Part shown: positions 1 to 10,882 of the stretch, piece after piece | Layout: every line of letters begins with the position of its first letter | How positions within the stretch are numbered: the first letter of the stretch is position 1 | DNA from: Bacillota bacterium | Lineage (GTDB): Bacteria > Bacillota > UBA5301 > Bu52 | Length of the DNA: 64,000 bases | Assembly (NCBI GenBank): GCA_014896355.1 | Contig: JADBKO010000005.1 | Location: 34,286 to 98,285, forward strand | Reading direction: 5' to 3' | The notes under the pieces: generated by a model | Told to the model about the DNA's origin: nothing | Seen by the model: the letters and a program-made list of their open reading frames with translations, nothing else | Databases searched by the model: none | Position numbers and translations under genes: made by a program

Positions 1-1100
<1,100 letters not shown>

Positions 1101-1151
1101 TCACGTTTCTTCCGCTTCTTCGTTTTTTCTGCTTCCTTAAGCTATCATGCG

Positions 1152-2465
1152 CTACTCTGCTTCCTTATGCAGTACCTGCGAAAGAATGGCGGCCATCTTG
1201 CCCGAATCCACCAAGAAGCCATCATGCCCTACAGAGGAGTCCAGCTCGTGGTAATACGCCGGGACTCCGGCTCGTTGCAAGGCGGTGGCCAATTCGCGCA
1301 CCTGGTAGGGCGGGTAGAGGATGTCCGTGCGGATGCCCACCAAGTGAATCTGCGGCGGGGTGGGCGCCGTTTCGGACCGCGGTCCGGGTGCGCCGGCGGG
1401 TTCCTGGGATGCTCCGGGGCGGGAAGCCCACCCTGGCGTTGATGCCGGCTCCTCGGAGCTCCTGCCGGCGGCCAGCTCCCGAAAGGCCCGCTCCCACCCG
1501 CCCCGGCCGGAGCCGAGGTCGTAGCGGTCCATGGCCCGCGTCAGCACCACATAGGTGTTGGCATCGAAGCGTTGCACCAGTTTTCGACCCTGATAATGCA
1601 GGTAGTCGATGACGTTGCGGGCGGAATCCGCGGCGTTCTCGCGAAAGAACTTGCGCCGCATGGAGAGATCATTCTGGTAAGTGATCATCCCCAGCATGCG
1701 GGCCAGGGCCAGGCCGCCTGCAGGCCCTGCGCCCGGGGCATAATGCCCGCCGCGCCATTCCGGGTCCGTCTGGATGGCCAGGCGCATGACCTCGTTGTAG
1801 GCCACGGCCTGCGGATAGCTGCGCCCTGGCGCCCCGATGGCCACCACCTGCTCCACCAGGCCCGGGTACATCAGAGCCCATTCCAGGGCCTGCATCCCGC
1901 CCATGGAGCCGCCGATGACCGCGGCCACCCGGCGCACACCCAAGGCGGCCAGCAGGTGGCGCTGCACCCGCACCATGTCACGGATGGAGATGTCGGGAAA
2001 ATCCGGCCCATAGGGCCGGCCCGTGGCCGGATTGAGGGACAGGGGGCCCGTGCTGCCCCGGCATCCGCCCAGCACGTTGCTGCAGACCACAAAGTGGCGG
2101 CGGGTATCGATGGCCGCCCCTGGCCCCACCAGGCCTTCCCACCAGCCGGCCCGGGGGTCCTCGGCGCCGCAGTCTTCCGGCGGGTGGTGGGCCACGTGGG
2201 CGTCCCCGGTCAAGGCGTGGGCGATGAGAATGCAGTTGCTCCCTTCCGCGTTGAGGCGGCCCCAGGTCTCATACCCCACAGTGACGAACGCCAGCTCCGC
2301 ACCGCTGTCCAGGCGCAGGGTGTGGGGAGGATGGAACAGGGAGATTTGCCGTAGGGTCCGGCGCCAATCTGTCCGGTCGTGATCCCAGGCCAGCAGCTGC
2401 TCAGCGGGGAACGCATCCCTGTTCGAGCGGCGATCCGGAGGGGAATATGGCAGCGGCACGTTCAC
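1152..2465 (-). CDS. metX: Homoserine O-acetyltransferase (alpha/beta hydrolase, MetX family)
   Basis: 437-aa ORF with strong MetX-type similarity (GGSMGGMQALEWA nucleophile elbow, C-terminal HDGFLVD). It lies upstream of metY in the same orientation. Confidence 0.9.
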   Translation of the reverse strand: MNVPLPYSPPDRRSNRDAFPAEQLLAWDHDRTDWRRTLRQISLFHPPHTLRLDSGAELAFVTVGYETWGRLNAEGSNCILIAHALTGDAHVAHHPPEDCGAEDPRAGWWEGLVGPGAAIDTRRHFVVCSNVLGGCRGSTGPLSLNPATGRPYGPDFPDISIRDMVRVQRHLLAALGVRRVAAVIGGSMGGMQALEWALMYPGLVEQVVAIGAPGRSYPQAVAYNEVMRLAIQTDPEWRGGHYAPGAGPAGGLALARMLGMITYQNDLSMRRKFFRENAADSARNVIDYLHYQGRKLVQRFDANTYVVLTRAMDRYDLGSGRGGWERAFRELAAGRSSEEPASTPGWASRPGASQEPAGAPGPRSETAPTPPQIHLVGIRTDILYPPYQVRELATALQRAGVPAYYHELDSSVGHDGFLVDSGKMAAILSQVLHKEAE

Positions 2466-2516
2466 GCATCCTGCCCTCCCTTCGAGTTAACGAAGCGAGC
2501 TACCGAAACAAGGCAT

Positions 2517-2695
2517 CAAAAAACCCTCTCCGAGAGAGGGCAAGATAAGCGAACGCGGCATCCAGCCTCTCTCATCTCTCAGGTGCCGGGTCGCACCTGC
2601 AGGAATTGGCACCACTGCAGCAAATGGGCTGCCGGTTGCCGCGACTTCATCGGGCCAGTCCCTCAGCCGACTCTGGATAAGAGGGTTTATTTATT
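2517..2695 (-). ncRNA. SAM-I (S-box) riboswitch with intrinsic terminator as expression platform, leader of metX-metY
   Basis: On the minus strand the aptamer reads CUCUUAUCCAGAGUCGGCUGAGGGACUGGCCCGAUGAAGUCGCGGCAACC...GGUGCCAAUUCCUGCAGG, matching the SAM-I consensus cores. It is followed by a CCCUCUCUCGGAGAGGG hairpin plus U6 (plus-strand 2517-2541) immediately before the metX start. Confidence 0.8.
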
Positions 2696-2732
2696 CAGTT
2701 TGGTGTATATTACACCGGGTCCACGGCGGGTG

Positions 2733-3119
2733 TCAATGGGTTTCTTTGCGGTCCATCCCCATGTGTCTGTGGGGATGAACCGGGCCGGGAGGGTGTTCGC
2801 CGGCCAGCGGGTGGCGGGGGGCGTCCACCACCGTGATGCTGCTGAGAATAATCTCCTCCCGCCAACCGGCCGGACCACGCCCGCAGCCTTTGCGGATCTC
2901 CACCCGGGGCAGGATGACATGCAGCTCGTGAGGGGTGGGGTCCGCGGTGATGCGGCGCACGCTGACGCGGACGCCGGGAAAAGTGAGTTCAATGCGGTCT
3001 TCCAGGCGTGCCTGCCAGATTTTGCCCCACTTTCCGGCCACAGCCCGCCGCAACGGGGAAAACCAGCCCGTCATCCCCCAGGGCAGGAAGCGCCGGACCA
3101 GGTTCCCGAACGCCTGCAT
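2733..3119 (-). CDS. Hypothetical protein (128 aa)
   Basis: The ORF has the genome-typical high GC3 and a GGGGGA Shine-Dalgarno about 9 nt upstream of its ATG. I recognise no family. Confidence 0.45.
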   Translation of the reverse strand: MQAFGNLVRRFLPWGMTGWFSPLRRAVAGKWGKIWQARLEDRIELTFPGVRVSVRRITADPTPHELHVILPRVEIRKGCGRGPAGWREEIILSSITVVDAPRHPLAGEHPPGPVHPHRHMGMDRKETH

Positions 3120-3302
3120 GCCGCCCCTGTCCCCCTTTCCTTCAGAGCATCTTATGCTCCCGGCGCCTCAGTGGTTTGGACGGCCCCTGGCCGCCGGAAG
3201 AGGAAATTCCGGCCTGAGGGCGAACCTTTTCGCAGTTTCACTTTCTTTGTTCCCGGGACTCTGCCCCAGGGGTTGAATCTCTGCGCAGGGGGGATCCGGC
3301 AA

Positions 3303-4436
3303 GTGCGAGTGTTGGTGACCGGCGGGGCCGGGTTTATCGGCAGCAATTTCATACATTATGCGTTGGCGCAGCACCCAGACTGGCAGATCCTCAACCTGGA
3401 CAAGCTGACCTATGCCGGCAATTTGGAGAACCTCCGGGACGTGGAGGATGACCCGCGCTATGCCTTTGTCCGGGCCGACGTGGCCGACGCGGAGGCCGTG
3501 GAGGACGTGTTCCGCCGGTTCGCCCCGGACTGGGTGGTCCATTTTGCCGCCGAGTCCCACGTGGACCGCAGCATTATGGACGCCGGCCCCTTCGTGGAGA
3601 CCAACGTCAAAGGCACGCAAGTGCTGCTCGACGCGGCCCGGCGTCATGCGGTCCAGCGGTTTGTGCAGATCTCCACCGACGAGGTCTACGGGTCCCTTCC
3701 GCTCCCGGAGCCAGGGGGCGAAGGCGGTGGAGCCGGTACCGCGCACAGGGCCGGCGGCGCGTGCGGGGCCGATGAGAACGCAGGGGACCAGGACGAGCGG
3801 GGCCAGGCCGATACCGGCGCCTTCACCGAGGAGAGCCCCCTGAAGCCCAACAGCCCTTATGCGGCCAGCAAAGCGGCGGCAGATCTGCTGGCCCGCGCCT
3901 ATTATCACACCTATGGCCTGCCGGTGCTGATCACGCGCTGCTCCAACAACTACGGGCCCTATCAGTTTCCCGAGAAGCTCATTCCGCTGATGATCACCAA
4001 CGCCATGGAGGGGCGGCCTTTGCCGGTTTACGGCGACGGCCGCAACGTACGGGATTGGATCCATGTGGAAGACCACTGCCGGGCCATCGACTTGGTCTTG
4101 CAGAAAGGCCGCCCGGGCCAGGTCTACAACATCGGCGCGTCCAGCGAGATGGCCAATCTGGATGTGGTACGCCTGGTGCTCAAGACCCTGGGGAAGCCTG
4201 AATCCCTGATCACGTTTGTGGCGGACCGGCCTGGCCACGACCGGCGCTACGCCATCGATGCCGGCAAGATCCGCCGCGAGCTGGGCTGGACGCCGCAGCA
4301 CCGCTTTGCCGAGGCTCTGCCGGCCTTGGTGCGTTGGTACCAGGACAACGAGGCGTGGTGGCGCCGCATCAAGGCCGGGGAGTACAGGAGCTATTATGAG
4401 AGAATGTACCGGGACCGCGGCGTGGTCCGGTTCTGA
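3303..4436 (+). CDS. rmlB: dTDP-glucose 4,6-dehydratase carrying an internal ~35-aa Gly/Ala/Asp-rich insertion
   Basis: VLVTGGAGFIGSNF Rossmann motif, DEVYG...SPYAASKAA (the YxxxK catalytic region) and a C-terminal RmlB-like tail. I place the start at GTG 3303 with a GGGGGA SD; the track ORF begins upstream at 2379 with non-coding-looking sequence. Confidence 0.88.
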   Translation: MRVLVTGGAGFIGSNFIHYALAQHPDWQILNLDKLTYAGNLENLRDVEDDPRYAFVRADVADAEAVEDVFRRFAPDWVVHFAAESHVDRSIMDAGPFVETNVKGTQVLLDAARRHAVQRFVQISTDEVYGSLPLPEPGGEGGGAGTAHRAGGACGADENAGDQDERGQADTGAFTEESPLKPNSPYAASKAAADLLARAYYHTYGLPVLITRCSNNYGPYQFPEKLIPLMITNAMEGRPLPVYGDGRNVRDWIHVEDHCRAIDLVLQKGRPGQVYNIGASSEMANLDVVRLVLKTLGKPESLITFVADRPGHDRRYAIDAGKIRRELGWTPQHRFAEALPALVRWYQDNEAWWRRIKAGEYRSYYERMYRDRGVVRF

Positions 4437-4505
4437 AGGGGCACGGCAGGCGGGGCGGATCTGGCACAGGTCCGGCGGGAGGCGCCGCCATCGGGAGGCA
4501 TCGGG

Positions 4506-5597
4506 ATGAAAGCGCTGATTTTGTCAGGAGGCAAGGGCACGCGCCTGCGTCCCCTCACCTACACCACGGCCAAACAGCTGTTGCCCGTGGCCAACAAGCC
4601 CATTCTGTTTTTTGTGGCGGATCAGATCGTCCAGGCCGGCATCCGGGAGATCGGCGTCATCATCAGCCCGGAGACCGGAGAGAGCATCCGGGCGGCCCTG
4701 GGGGACGGGCAGCGCTGGGGAGCCAGCATCCGCTACATCCTGCAAGACCGTCCCGGGGGTCTGGCCCACGCAGTGAAGACTGCCCAGCCGTTTTTGGGGG
4801 AGGATCCCTTTTTGATGTTCCTGGGCGACAATCTGATCCAGGGCGGGGTGTCGGATCTGGTGCAGGATTTCGTGGAGGCACGGGCCGGCGGCGGCAGTGC
4901 GGCGCCCGATGCCGCCATTCTGCTGAAACCTGTGCCCGACCCGCGCCAGTTCGGTGTGGCGGTGTTGGATTCCGCCAGCGGCCGGGTGGAGCGTCTGGTG
5001 GAAAAACCGAAAGATCCGCCCAGCAATCTGGCCCTGGTGGGGGTTTATCTGTTTTCGCCCCGGATCCACCAAGCCATCGCCCGCATCCAGCCCTCCTGGC
5101 GCGGGGAGCTGGAGATCACCGACGCCATCCAGGAGCTTCTGGACATGGGGGCCCGGGTGGACGCCCGGGTGTTGGCAGGCTGGTGGCTGGATACCGGCAA
5201 GAAGGACGACATCCTGGAGGCCAACCGGGTGGTCTTGGATGAGTATTGCCGGCAGTCCATCCAGGGCGAGGTGGACGCCGAGAGCCACATCGTGGGCAGG
5301 GTGGAGGTGGCAGCGGGCGCCCGGATCATCCGCAGCACGGTGCGGGGGCCGGCGGTCATCGGTGCCGGCGCCGTGGTGGAGGACTGCTTCGTGGGCCCGT
5401 TCAGCGCCATCGGGGCGGGGACCCACCTGTGCCACCTGTCTCTGGAGCATTCCGTGGTGCTGGAGGACTGTATGCTCTCCGGCGTGGGGCGCATCGAGGA
5501 CAGTCTGATCGGCCGCAATGTGCGGGTCACCCGGGCCGATGACGGGCGCCAGGCCTTGCGGCTGTTTTTGGGTGACGATTCGCAACTGGCGGTCTGA
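4506..5597 (+). CDS. rmlA: Glucose-1-phosphate thymidylyltransferase, long (~360 aa) form
   Basis: [28 protein letters not shown] nucleotidyltransferase signature followed by a C-terminal left-handed beta-helix extension. GGGAGG SD. Confidence 0.9.
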   Translation: MKALILSGGKGTRLRPLTYTTAKQLLPVANKPILFFVADQIVQAGIREIGVIISPETGESIRAALGDGQRWGASIRYILQDRPGGLAHAVKTAQPFLGEDPFLMFLGDNLIQGGVSDLVQDFVEARAGGGSAAPDAAILLKPVPDPRQFGVAVLDSASGRVERLVEKPKDPPSNLALVGVYLFSPRIHQAIARIQPSWRGELEITDAIQELLDMGARVDARVLAGWWLDTGKKDDILEANRVVLDEYCRQSIQGEVDAESHIVGRVEVAAGARIIRSTVRGPAVIGAGAVVEDCFVGPFSAIGAGTHLCHLSLEHSVVLEDCMLSGVGRIEDSLIGRNVRVTRADDGRQALRLFLGDDSQLAV

Positions 5598-5645
5598 GGC
5601 AGGCATGGCTGCGGCCTGAAGCAAGTCTGGAGGCGGAGGATTGCG

Positions 5646-6101
5646 ATGATCGAAGGAGTAAAAGTCAAGAAACTGGTGCGCCATCCCGACGACCGCGGGT
5701 TCTTCCAAGAGATCCTGCGGGATGATGACGGGCTGTTGCAGCGCTTTGGCCAGGCGTCCATGGCCAAGACCTACCCCGGCGTCATCAAGGCATTCCACTA
5801 TCACGAGCGCCAGGATGACCTGTGGTTTTTTCCGGTGGGAAACGCCCAGGTGGTGCTGTACGACCTGCGGCCGCAATCCCCCACGCATGGGCAGACGGAT
5901 GTGTATTACATGGGGGAAGACAACCCGATTCTGCTGTTGATCCCCAAGGGTGTGGCCCACGGCTACCGCACTCTGGGAAACACCCCGGCGGTGATCATCT
6001 ATTTCACCACGCAGTCCTATAACCCCGCTGATCCCGACGAGAAGCGGCTGCCTTATAATGATCCCGGCATCGGTTTCGACTGGACCACCAAGATGCGCTA
6101 G
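5646..6101 (+). CDS. rmlC: dTDP-4-dehydrorhamnose 3,5-epimerase
   Basis: 151-aa cupin with the RHPDDRGFF...KAFHYH motif typical of short RmlC. Confidence 0.88.
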   Translation: MIEGVKVKKLVRHPDDRGFFQEILRDDDGLLQRFGQASMAKTYPGVIKAFHYHERQDDLWFFPVGNAQVVLYDLRPQSPTHGQTDVYYMGEDNPILLLIPKGVAHGYRTLGNTPAVIIYFTTQSYNPADPDEKRLPYNDPGIGFDWTTKMR

Positions 6102-6150
6102 CAATGGATGGGCGCAGAACGTGCCGCAGGCCCGGGCAGGAGATGAACAG

Positions 6151-7029
6151 ATGCACGAGGTCCGGCGGAAAGTGCTGATCACAGGCGCCCAGGGCATGCT
6201 GGGCCAGGACATGGCGGCAGAGTTCGCGGCGCGCGGCTGGGAGGTCCGGGCTGTGGGCCACCGGGACCTGGATGTCACCAATCTGCGGGCGGTGCGGGGG
6301 GCGGTGGCGGCTTACGGCCCGGAGCTGGTGGTGAACTGCGCGGCCTATACCAACGTGGACCGCGCCGAGAGCGAGCCTGCATTGGCCATGGCCGTAAACG
6401 CGCTGGGGCCGCGCAATCTGGCCCTGGCCTGCCTGGACACCGGTGCGGCCCTGCTGCACATCAGCACGGATTACGTGTTCAGCGGTGAGAAGGAGGAACC
6501 TTACGCCATATGGGACCCTGCCGCCCCTGTCAATGTGTACGGCCGCAGCAAGCTGTGGGGCGAGAACTACGTGCGTTCGCTGCTGCCGCGCCATTACGTG
6601 GTGCGCACCAGCTGGCTTTTCGGCCCGGGGGGCCGCAACTTTGTACGCACCCTGTTGAGCCTGGGGCGCCAGGCTGCGCCTTTGCGGGTGGTGGCGGATC
6701 AATGGGGCTGCCCAACCTACACGCCGGATCTGGCCGGGGCCTGCGCCGATCTGGCCGCCAGCGGGGCCTATGGCATCTACCACGTCACCAACCAGGGCCC
6801 CACCACATGGTATGATTTCGCCTGTGCCATCCTGGCCGGAGCCGGCCTGGTGGGCGTGCCTGTGCAGCCCGTGACCGCCTCGGAGTACCGGCGGCCCGCC
6901 CGGCGGCCGCGCAATTCCGTACTGGACCCTTACCCTTTGGCCGAGACCATCGGCCATTTGCTGCCGCCTTGGCCGGACGCCCTGAAGCGCTACCTCGTGC
7001 GGGAGCTCGCCGCGGCTTCGGAAACTTGA
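6151..7029 (+). CDS. rmlD: dTDP-4-dehydrorhamnose reductase
   Basis: KVLITGAQGMLG Rossmann motif and a YGRSK catalytic motif. The ATG at 6151 has an AGGAGA SD; the track ORF is extended upstream to 6058. Confidence 0.85.
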   Translation: MHEVRRKVLITGAQGMLGQDMAAEFAARGWEVRAVGHRDLDVTNLRAVRGAVAAYGPELVVNCAAYTNVDRAESEPALAMAVNALGPRNLALACLDTGAALLHISTDYVFSGEKEEPYAIWDPAAPVNVYGRSKLWGENYVRSLLPRHYVVRTSWLFGPGGRNFVRTLLSLGRQAAPLRVVADQWGCPTYTPDLAGACADLAASGAYGIYHVTNQGPTTWYDFACAILAGAGLVGVPVQPVTASEYRRPARRPRNSVLDPYPLAETIGHLLPPWPDALKRYLVRELAAASET

Positions 7030-7164
7030 TCCGCTCGGAGCGGCAGCCGTGCTCATATGTGGGCCGGTCGGCAGGAAGATCCCCAGTCTGCGACGAAATT
7101 ATTTGTGATGAAACTACTCGCAATGAACGGATGAGATCACCGGGGTACGGCGTGGCGGGACCGG

Positions 7165-7218
7165 AAAAGCCACGGCGGAGGGCGTAGGCGGCCTGCGCCC
7201 GGCCGTGGCTGTTTTCGT
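7165..7218 (+). terminator. Probable rho-independent terminator of the rml operon
   Basis: AGCCACGGC...GCCGTGGCT stem with an inner GGGCG/CGCCC helix, followed by GTTTTCGTC. Confidence 0.45.
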
Positions 7219-7250
7219 CTAACGCCGCCCCGGGGCGGGAGTGGACGGCA

Positions 7251-7955
7251 TTGATACGGCGGCTGAATGCGTACGACCGGGCCTTGCTGCAGATTGGCGA
7301 CCGGCTGCTGAACATGGGGGATCTGGTGGGCCGGCGCCTGGAGGATGCCCTGCGCTCGCTGACCAGGCAGGATCCGGACCTGGCCCGGCGGCTCCTGGCC
7401 AGCGACGAAGAAGTAGACAGCCTGGACGAGTCCCTGGAGATGGATTCCCTGGAGCTCATTTCCCTCCAGCAGCCCATGGATCAGGACCTGCGTTTCCTGG
7501 CGGCGGCCATGCGCATCAGCCGCGACCTGGAGCGCATCGGTGACTACGCCTGCGACATCGCCGAGGCGGCGTTGGCCCTGGCGGGCAGGGGCCCCTACTT
7601 CAAGCCTCTGGAGGACGTCCCACGCATGGGAGAGCTGGTGCAGGCCATGATGCGCAAAAGCCTCCGGGCTCACGTGGAGAAAGACCTGGCAGCTGCGCGC
7701 CAGCTGGACAGCGATGACGAGGCGGTGGACCAGCTGTTTCTGGCGCTTCAGGAGGAGCTGACGGATTACATGAAAAGGGGGCCCCAGTACGTGGACCAGG
7801 CCAGCAATCTGCTGCTGGTCGCCCGCTACCTGGAGCGCATCGGCGATCATGTGGTGAACATTTCCGAGATGACCATTTTCGCCGCCACCGGAGAGCGGCA
7901 TCCTTTTAAAAAGGCCAAGCAGGCCGGGAAGGGACAGGTCCCATGGAGGCAGTGA
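7251..7955 (+). CDS. phoU: Phosphate transport regulator PhoU (two PhoU repeats)
   Basis: Two PhoU-like repeats with the D-x-x-x-E-R-I-G-D motifs (DLERIGDYACDI, YLERIGDHVVNI). TTG start. Confidence 0.85.
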   Translation: MIRRLNAYDRALLQIGDRLLNMGDLVGRRLEDALRSLTRQDPDLARRLLASDEEVDSLDESLEMDSLELISLQQPMDQDLRFLAAAMRISRDLERIGDYACDIAEAALALAGRGPYFKPLEDVPRMGELVQAMMRKSLRAHVEKDLAAARQLDSDDEAVDQLFLALQEELTDYMKRGPQYVDQASNLLLVARYLERIGDHVVNISEMTIFAATGERHPFKKAKQAGKGQVPWRQ

Positions 7956-9556
7956 CCGTCCTGGTGGGGATCGCCGGGGGGCTGGGCCTTCTCGTCTTCG
8001 GGATGCAGGTGTGCTCCGAAGGGCTGCAAAAGATGGCCGCCGGCAGGCTCAAACGCATGGTGAAGGCTTTGACAGGCCGACCGTTGCTGGCTTTGTTGAG
8101 CGGGGCCCTCATCACGTTCGGCCTGCAGGGCAGTAACGCGACGGCCGCCTTGGTGGTGGGTCTTGTCAGCGCCAAGATGATGACTCTGGCCCAGGCATTG
8201 GGGGTGCTGCTGGGTTCCGCCATCGGGGGTTCCCTCACGGCGCAGCTCATCGCTTTCAAGATCACGAAGGTGGCCCTCGTCCTGCTGTTTGTCGGCGCCA
8301 TGCTTCATCTGTTCTCCCGGCGTTCGCGGCAACGCAGCCTGGGGCAGGCGATCCTGGGTTTTGGCCTGCTGTTTTACGGCATGTCGGTGATGTCCGCGGC
8401 AGTGGCGCCGTTGGGTGGATATCCCGCCGTGGCGGAGGCGCTGGTGCGCCTGGAGAGGGTTCCCCTCCTGGAATTCCTGGTGGGCGCCGTGGGGACGGCG
8501 GTGATTCAGTCCAGCACGGCGTTTCTGGCCCTGCTGATGACGTTGGCCTCCGAGGGGCTGCTGGGTCCGTACGCCATCGTGCCGTTCGTCCTTGGCGCCC
8601 ATGTGGGCGGGACCATCGGCGGCGTGCTGTCCAGCCTGGGGGCCCCGGGCCGGGAAGCCAAGCGGGCGGCTCTGGCCAATCTCGCCTTCAAGCTGGCCAA
8701 TGGCCTGGTCTTCCTGCCCCTGTACCGCCCGCTGACAGAGCTGGTGCTGGCCACCTCGGGGGATGTGAGCCGCCAAGTGGCCAACGCCCATACGCTGTTC
8801 TCCCTGGCCATGGCAGTGGCTTTCCTGCCGCTGAGCGGCCGCATTGCCCGTTTTATGGAATGGGCTTTCCCGGACCGCCACGCAGGCCTGGCCGAGGCCC
8901 GCTTCCTGGATGAGAGCCTCCTGGAGGTGCCGGAGCTGGCCGTGGATCAGGCCCACCGGCAGACCGTAGAGATGGGACGCGTCCTTCAGGAGGAAATGTT
9001 GGACCGGGTCCTGCCTGCCGTGCGCCTCGGGAGCGAAGAGGCATGGGACCGCATGGCCGAGGCGGAGCAGGCCATGGATACCTTGTACCGGAAAATCAGC
9101 CGTTATCTGGCCGGCTTGGGGGATACCAGCTTGCCGGATCCGCTTATGGAGCGCAGTATCCAGGTTTTGTATACCGCCAATGACCTGGAGCACGTGGGCG
9201 ATCTCCTCATGAACGTGACGCAGATGGCCCGTAAGATCCAACAGGATGATTTGGAACTCTCGCCGGAGGGCATGGAGGAGATCGAAGGCCTGTTCAACCA
9301 GATCCGGGACAGCCTCCGCCTGGCTCTGCAGGCGTTCGCCACCTTGGATCCGGGCCTGGCCAGCCGGGTCATCAAAGAACACCCGCGGATGCTGCGGTTG
9401 GAGCGGGAGCTGCGCTTCAGCCACTTCGGCCGTATGCAGTCCGGCAACGCCCGCACCATGGCCACCAGTTCCATCCACCTGGATCTGGTGGAGGCGTTCC
9501 TGCGCATCGAAGGCCACGCGGTGAACATCGCCCAGGTGGTGATGGGGATTGTTTGA
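7943..9556 (+). CDS. Na+/phosphate cotransporter (NptA / Na-Pi-II related) with a C-terminal PhoU-like domain
   Basis: Polytopic N-terminal half with duplicated QSSTA-type Na/Pi motifs (GSNATAALVVGL, IQSSTAFLALLM) and a soluble C-terminal PhoU-like domain. It overlaps the phoU stop. Confidence 0.85.
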   Translation: MEAVTVLVGIAGGLGLLVFGMQVCSEGLQKMAAGRLKRMVKALTGRPLLALLSGALITFGLQGSNATAALVVGLVSAKMMTLAQALGVLLGSAIGGSLTAQLIAFKITKVALVLLFVGAMLHLFSRRSRQRSLGQAILGFGLLFYGMSVMSAAVAPLGGYPAVAEALVRLERVPLLEFLVGAVGTAVIQSSTAFLALLMTLASEGLLGPYAIVPFVLGAHVGGTIGGVLSSLGAPGREAKRAALANLAFKLANGLVFLPLYRPLTELVLATSGDVSRQVANAHTLFSLAMAVAFLPLSGRIARFMEWAFPDRHAGLAEARFLDESLLEVPELAVDQAHRQTVEMGRVLQEEMLDRVLPAVRLGSEEAWDRMAEAEQAMDTLYRKISRYLAGLGDTSLPDPLMERSIQVLYTANDLEHVGDLLMNVTQMARKIQQDDLELSPEGMEEIEGLFNQIRDSLRLALQAFATLDPGLASRVIKEHPRMLRLERELRFSHFGRMQSGNARTMATSSIHLDLVEAFLRIEGHAVNIAQVVMGIV

Positions 9557-9664
9557 AACGGCAGGAGCGAGGGGGGGCACGGACTGGTCCAGGACGTACC
9601 CGCACGCACCCGATCCTGCGTGCCGGGAGCGCCCCGGAATCCACCCTTGCGACGGGAACTTTTC

Positions 9665-9687
9665 GCCCCGTTTGCGGGGTTATCTTT
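9665..9687 (+). terminator. Possible weak intrinsic terminator after the nptA-like gene
   Basis: GCCCCG-TTTG-CGGGG hairpin followed by TTATCTTT. Confidence 0.3.
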
Positions 9688-9730
9688 AGTGTTTGGGGAT
9701 GATTTTTGCTTCCAGAAGGGAGGAGCCACA

Positions 9731-10882
9731 TTGGTAGGGGACGATACACACAATCTCACCATTGAAGTCCACAACCTGACCAAGGTGTACGTAGGCGGCA
9801 GGCCTCCGGCGCCGGGGCTACGGCAAAAGGCCGTCCCGGACGGGGAGGAACCCCACACCGGCAGGCCGGCTGCGGCCGCCCGGGGGATCTACGACCTGAC
9901 CTTCTCGGTGCAGAAGGGGGAGATCTTGGGCTTTTTGGGCCCCAACGGCGCCGGGAAGACCACCACGATGCGCATCCTGACGGGGTATATGCCTCCCACG
10001 TCCGGGACGGCGCGGGTGGCGGGCTTCGACATCTTTGAACAGCCGGCGGAGGCCAAACGCCGCATCGGCTACTTGCCCGAGATTCCGCCGTTATATCCGG
10101 AGATGACGGTCAAAGCCCAGCTGTCCTTTGTGGCGGACCTGAAAGGTGTTCCCCGCGCCTCTCGCAAAGCCGCCATCGCCAGAGTGGTGGAAGCCACGAA
10201 CCTGGGGCCGGTGTACAACCGGTTGGTGAAAAACCTCTCCCGGGGCTACAAGCAGCGGGTGGGCTTGGCCCAAGCCCTGCTGGGGGATCCGGAGGTCCTG
10301 ATCTTGGACGAGCCCACCGTGGGCCTGGATCCGAAGCAGATCATCGAGATCCGTCAACTCATCCGCAGCCTGGGAGGGAAGCACACCGTGATCCTGAGCT
10401 CCCATATTTTGCCCGAGGTCAGCATGGTGTGCGAGCGGGTGGCCATCATCAATCACGGCCGGCTGGTGGGCATGGATACGCCTGAGGGGCTGGCCCGTAA
10501 ACTGAGCCATTCCCAGCAGCTGCTGGTGGCCATCAAGGGGCCCCAGGCCCAGGTGGAGGCGCAGATTGCTTCCCTGCCCGGCATGGCTTCCTGGCGCCCA
10601 GCGGAAGGGGAAGGCGCCGCCCAAGGGGCGACAGGGGCGGCGGGGGCGGGAAGCCGCCCGGCGCAGACGGGCCCCGTGCTCCGGTACCACTTGGAGGCCC
10701 AGCCTGACGTGGATCTACGTGAACCCCTCTTCTTCCAGATGGCCCGGGCCGGCTATCCCATCCTGGAGATGCGCCAGGTCAGCCTAAGCCTGGAGGATGT
10801 GTTCCTGCAGCTGACCACGGAGGAGAACACGGAGCCAGGGGATGGACAGGAAGGGCCGAAGGAGGGGGCACAGCATGTCTAA
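9731..10882 (+). CDS. ABC transporter ATP-binding protein (ABC-2 / GldA-like)
   Basis: Walker A GPNGAGKTTT, signature LSRGYKQRV and Walker B ILDEPT. TTG start with a GAAGGGAGGA SD. There is an N-terminal loop insertion and a C-terminal G/A-rich tract. Confidence 0.85.
   Translation: MVGDDTHNLTIEVHNLTKVYVGGRPPAPGLRQKAVPDGEEPHTGRPAAAARGIYDLTFSVQKGEILGFLGPNGAGKTTTMRILTGYMPPTSGTARVAGFDIFEQPAEAKRRIGYLPEIPPLYPEMTVKAQLSFVADLKGVPRASRKAAIARVVEATNLGPVYNRLVKNLSRGYKQRVGLAQALLGDPEVLILDEPTVGLDPKQIIEIRQLIRSLGGKHTVILSSHILPEVSMVCERVAIINHGRLVGMDTPEGLARKLSHSQQLLVAIKGPQAQVEAQIASLPGMASWRPAEGEGAAQGATGAAGAGSRPAQTGPVLRYHLEAQPDVDLREPLFFQMARAGYPILEMRQVSLSLEDVFLQLTTEENTEPGDGQEGPKEGAQHV

Noticed and set aside
4524-6281. 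585-aa minus-strand ORF antisense to rmlA-rmlC-rmlD. Similar long antisense ORFs occur at 7847-9580(-), 14936-16855(-), 42583-45345(-, 920 aa), 53117-54337(-), 57466-59625(+), 1572-2354(+) and 348-983(+).
   Set aside because: Each lies exactly antisense to a gene with clear homology and motifs. Their translations are Arg/Pro/Gly-rich low-complexity with no recognisable domains. This is the expected stop-codon depletion artefact of a ~68% GC genome.
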